A stretch of 64,000 bases of DNA from the NCBI GenBank assembly GCA_963664295.1, contig OY760935.1, positions 928,001 through 992,000 of the forward strand, written 5' to 3'. The notes beneath the pieces were generated by a model. It was not told where the DNA came from, ran no database searches, and saw only the letters and a program-made list of their open reading frames with translations. The translations under genes were made by a program, and so were the position numbers. Shown in pieces: positions 61,229-64,000 of this stretch; positions within the stretch are counted from its first letter, which is position 1, and each line of letters opens with the position of its first letter. The stretch comes from Candidatus Altimarinota bacterium (lineage in GTDB: Bacteria; Patescibacteriota; Gracilibacteria; CAIRYL01; GCA-016699755).

Positions 61229-62364
61229 TTTTCTTTGAAAATTTTTACAAAAAAGATTAAAGATAAAGAAATAGCCCCTGATATTATTAGTGGCCAATGA
61301 AAACCAAAATTGCCACCAATTAAACCATAAATCAACTGACCAATAAAAGATCCAAAAATCATAATTAAACTTGTTAATCCTGAGTGGCTACCAATACGCT
61401 CTATTTTGAAGAATTTTTTAAGCCCAACAAATAAAACAAGCCCCATAATTCCATCACCAATACCATGAATCATGCGCATTGTTGCAGAAAGCCAAACAAT
61501 AGGCACAACCATTAAAATATGAGTTAAGCCCGACAAAAAAAGCCCCCAGAAAAACATTTTTTCTAAGGAAGTTTTTTTGTTTTCTATTAAATTACCAAAA
61601 ATTAAAACAGTTATAGCCATAAATAATAATTCTCCTGCCATATAGAAACCCATTCCTACACTGCTTAGGCCTAAATTTTTTTTTAGAAAGATACCATAAG
61701 CAACGTCTTCTGCTCCCCAATGGCTAGCAAAAAGACCTAAAACAAAAATAAAAACTAAAACATTTTGTCTTTTTAAGTCATTTATATTTTCAATTAAGTT
61801 AATTTTCATAGCCTGTAGTCTTGATAATTGGGTTAATAAAAAAAATAACACCAAAAAACCAACTGATTGGATAATAAAAACATATTTAAACTGAAACTTA
61901 TTAATAAAAAACCCACTTAAAATCATTCCTAAACCTATTAATAAAGGATTAAAAAAATTATATAAGCCAAAAATTTTACCAGAATATTCATTTTTAACGC
62001 GTTTTAATAATTCAGTATTAATAGAGTTTTTTAGTGAATAATAAAAAACCCCAAAGACAACAAATAATAAGGATAAAGCAAAAAAACCATGGAATAAATA
62101 AAAACCAATATTAATAAAAATCAAGAAAAAACTTGATAAAAGCCCAATATTTTTAGGTGTAAAGCGATCCGAAGAAATACCCGCAGGCAATAAAAACAAA
62201 ATAGCGGAAATTGAGCTTAAACCAAAAAACCAACCAATTTCTTTTCCAGAAAAACCAAGGCTGTCTAAATAAGGAGCAAAAAAGAACCTTATTGCCATCC
62301 ATAAAACACCAATTAAAGCATTAATTAAAAATAATAGCCAAAAATTTTTTCCAACCTTATTCAT
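61225..62364 (-). CDS. MFS transporter
   Basis: About 12 hydrophobic segments, G..SDRF motif. Confidence 0.8.
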   Translation of the reverse strand: MNKVGKNFWLLFLINALIGVLWMAIRFFFAPYLDSLGFSGKEIGWFFGLSSISAILFLLPAGISSDRFTPKNIGLLSSFFLIFINIGFYLFHGFFALSLLFVVFGVFYYSLKNSINTELLKRVKNEYSGKIFGLYNFFNPLLIGLGMILSGFFINKFQFKYVFIIQSVGFLVLFFLLTQLSRLQAMKINLIENINDLKRQNVLVFIFVLGLFASHWGAEDVAYGIFLKKNLGLSSVGMGFYMAGELLFMAITVLIFGNLIENKKTSLEKMFFWGLFLSGLTHILMVVPIVWLSATMRMIHGIGDGIMGLVLFVGLKKFFKIERIGSHSGLTSLIMIFGSFIGQLIYGLIGGNFGFHWPLIISGAISLSLIFFVKIFKEN

Positions 62365-62425
62365 TATAAAAAAATATTAACACAGTTTTATTGTCCATTT
62401 TGAATATTTTTGTCAAAATAAATAT

Positions 62426-62977
62426 ATGAAAAAAGTTTTTTTCTTGGCAATTAGTTTAATTTTTCTTTTTTCTGCCTGTGGTGGAGGAGATAATTCAACT
62501 GACAATCAATTAGCACAATATATTACTAATTCATTTGAAATAAGCTATCCGCTTGGCTGGAGCGCCAGAAATAAAGAACAACTAATGGAAGAAGGTGCAC
62601 CAGAAGCAACATTAGCTGTTTTTAGATCAGAACAAGAAATAAGTGGTATTTTTCCCACAATAGCGGTGGTGGCTGAGGATATAGACAAAAATTTTACTTC
62701 TTTAAAATACGCACAAGCAAACACAGAAAACACAAGCAAGGTTTTACAAAATTTTCAAACAATAAGCAGAGAAGAGCTTGAAATTAACAATGAAAAAACA
62801 ATTTTATATATTTTTTCAGGGAGAACAAATCCAGACAACGCAGATATGCAATATGCTCAAGTTTATTTTGCAAAAAATGGCATAGGTATTACGGTTTCAG
62901 CGTTGTTTCCTTTAAATTCGGAGGAAAATTATAAACAATGGTTAATTTCATCAATAAAAACATTTCGTTTTCAATAA
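62426..62977 (+). CDS. PsbP/DcrB-like lipoprotein
   Basis: Lipobox LFSAC; FEISYP.GW; C-terminal SIKTF. Confidence 0.7.
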   Translation: MKKVFFLAISLIFLFSACGGGDNSTDNQLAQYITNSFEISYPLGWSARNKEQLMEEGAPEATLAVFRSEQEISGIFPTIAVVAEDIDKNFTSLKYAQANTENTSKVLQNFQTISREELEINNEKTILYIFSGRTNPDNADMQYAQVYFAKNGIGITVSALFPLNSEENYKQWLISSIKTFRFQ

Positions 62978-63020
62978 AAAATCAGCTAAAATAAGCTAGC
63001 TCTTTGAAAAAGTGTATTTT

Positions 63021-63094
63021 GGCGACGTGGCCAAGTGGTAAGGCAGGGGCCTGCAAAGCCTTTATCGGCGGTTCGATTCCGCCCGTCGCCTCCA
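63021..63094 (+). tRNA. tRNA-Cys(GCA)
   Basis: GGCGACGTGGCCAAGTGGTAAGGCAGGGGCCTGCAAAGCCTTTATCGGCGGTTCGATTCCGCCCGTCGCCTCCA. Confidence 0.95.
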
Positions 63095-63098
63095 CCTT

Positions 63099-63183
63099 GC
63101 CGGGGTGGTGGAATGGTAGACACGAGGGACTTAAAATCCCTTGAGCAATGCTCGTGCGGGTTCGAGTCCCGCCCCCGGCACCA
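63099..63183 (+). tRNA. tRNA-Leu(TAA)
   Basis: GCCGGGGTGGTGGAATGGTAGACACGAGGGACTTAAAATCCCT...GGTTCGAGTCCCGCCCCCGGCACCA with long variable arm. Confidence 0.96.
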
Positions 63184-63261
63184 ACCTTTTATTTTCAAAT
63201 TTGAACAAAACCTATTTTGGTTTAAAATAGTAACAACCTTTATGGGTTTTTTTTAAAAACA

Positions 63262-63882
63262 ATGAAAGATATTAATAAATTTCTTAAACAAAAACCTAAA
63301 AAAATAAAAAAACAGCATCTTTTGGTGCATAAAACCAAAAAAGAAGTTTTAATAAAATTTATTTTATTGTTTTTTGTTTTACTGGCTTATTTTTTGTTTT
63401 TGACTTGGAAATTTAACATTGTCACAGGAGGTGTTGTTGCAATTTTAACCTGGAGTTTTTTTGTTTTGTGTACACCCATTGCGGATGCGGGCTTTTTACT
63501 AGACTTTCCTTTGCGATTGCTTTTTGGGGTTCGAATGTTTATTTCTGAGCTTTTTGTGTGGCTAATTGCAATTGGCGTGAATATTATTATTTTATTGTAT
63601 TATTCTGATTTTTATGAGGCTACTTTTTTAACCTCATTATTTAAAAAAATATTATTAAACCCTTATCCATACTGGATAATAATATTATTGTCTGCTGTGG
63701 GCACTTTTTTCTCAGTTGTTTTTGGTGATGAGTTGTTAGACATTATTAAACATAAAGACAGAAAAATGCATCATACATATGGATTTAAACACCAATTAAT
63801 TGTTTTTGGGGTGATTTTTTTGTTAACAATTTGGTCTTATTATCATTTTTTAGAAACTTTAAACATAAAAATTGATCATTGA
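63262..63882 (+). CDS. Hypothetical multi-pass membrane protein
   Basis: 206 aa, several TMs, TWSFFVLCTPIADAGFLLDFP.R motif. Confidence 0.7.
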   Translation: MKDINKFLKQKPKKIKKQHLLVHKTKKEVLIKFILLFFVLLAYFLFLTWKFNIVTGGVVAILTWSFFVLCTPIADAGFLLDFPLRLLFGVRMFISELFVWLIAIGVNIIILLYYSDFYEATFLTSLFKKILLNPYPYWIIILLSAVGTFFSVVFGDELLDIIKHKDRKMHHTYGFKHQLIVFGVIFLLTIWSYYHFLETLNIKIDH

Positions 63883-63884
63883 CT

Positions 63885-64000
63885 ATGGAAATTAGTTTAA
63901 GAGAAATAATTGGGCTTGAAATACATGTTAATCAGGAAAATTGTGGTTTTTTGCGAGTTGTTTTAATTAAAGACGCAAACGGAAAAGTGGCAGGCATCTT
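63885..64000 (+). CDS. Possible PRC-barrel-like protein, N-terminal part (truncated by window)
   Basis: MEISLREIIGLEIHVNQENCGFLRVVLIKDANGKVAGI, open to the window edge. Confidence 0.4.
   Translation, partial: MEISLREIIGLEIHVNQENCGFLRVVLIKDANGKVAGI

Overview
AT-rich, gene-dense bacterial chromosome segment read with the standard code (long intact ORFs, mostly TAA stops). The gene content suggests a CPR/Patescibacteria (Peregrinibacteria/Gracilibacteria-like) organism; this is inference, not a placement. It carries core genes (pheS, rsmG, rpmE, ligA, tuf-rpsJ, rpsA, radA, dnaN, mfd, rdgB), four tRNAs (Asn, Phe, Cys, Leu), a surface-glycan cluster and several large surface proteins. Most notable: (i) tRNA-Phe followed by two identical 85-bp units, each a rebuilt 3' tRNA with the anticodon loop swapped for a Tyr-like GTA hairpin; (ii) an NrdR-boxed, redoxin-type class III ribonucleotide reductase whose glycyl-radical segment is a separate 73-aa ORF; (iii) a dispersed RsbU/RsbV/RsbW partner-switching toolkit with a kinase-STAS fusion and no cognate alternative sigma factor in view; (iv) a conserved ~55-bp intergenic element present twice; (v) a candidate oriC upstream of dnaN without an adjacent dnaA. 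Product calls come from motif recognition by eye; no database searches were run.
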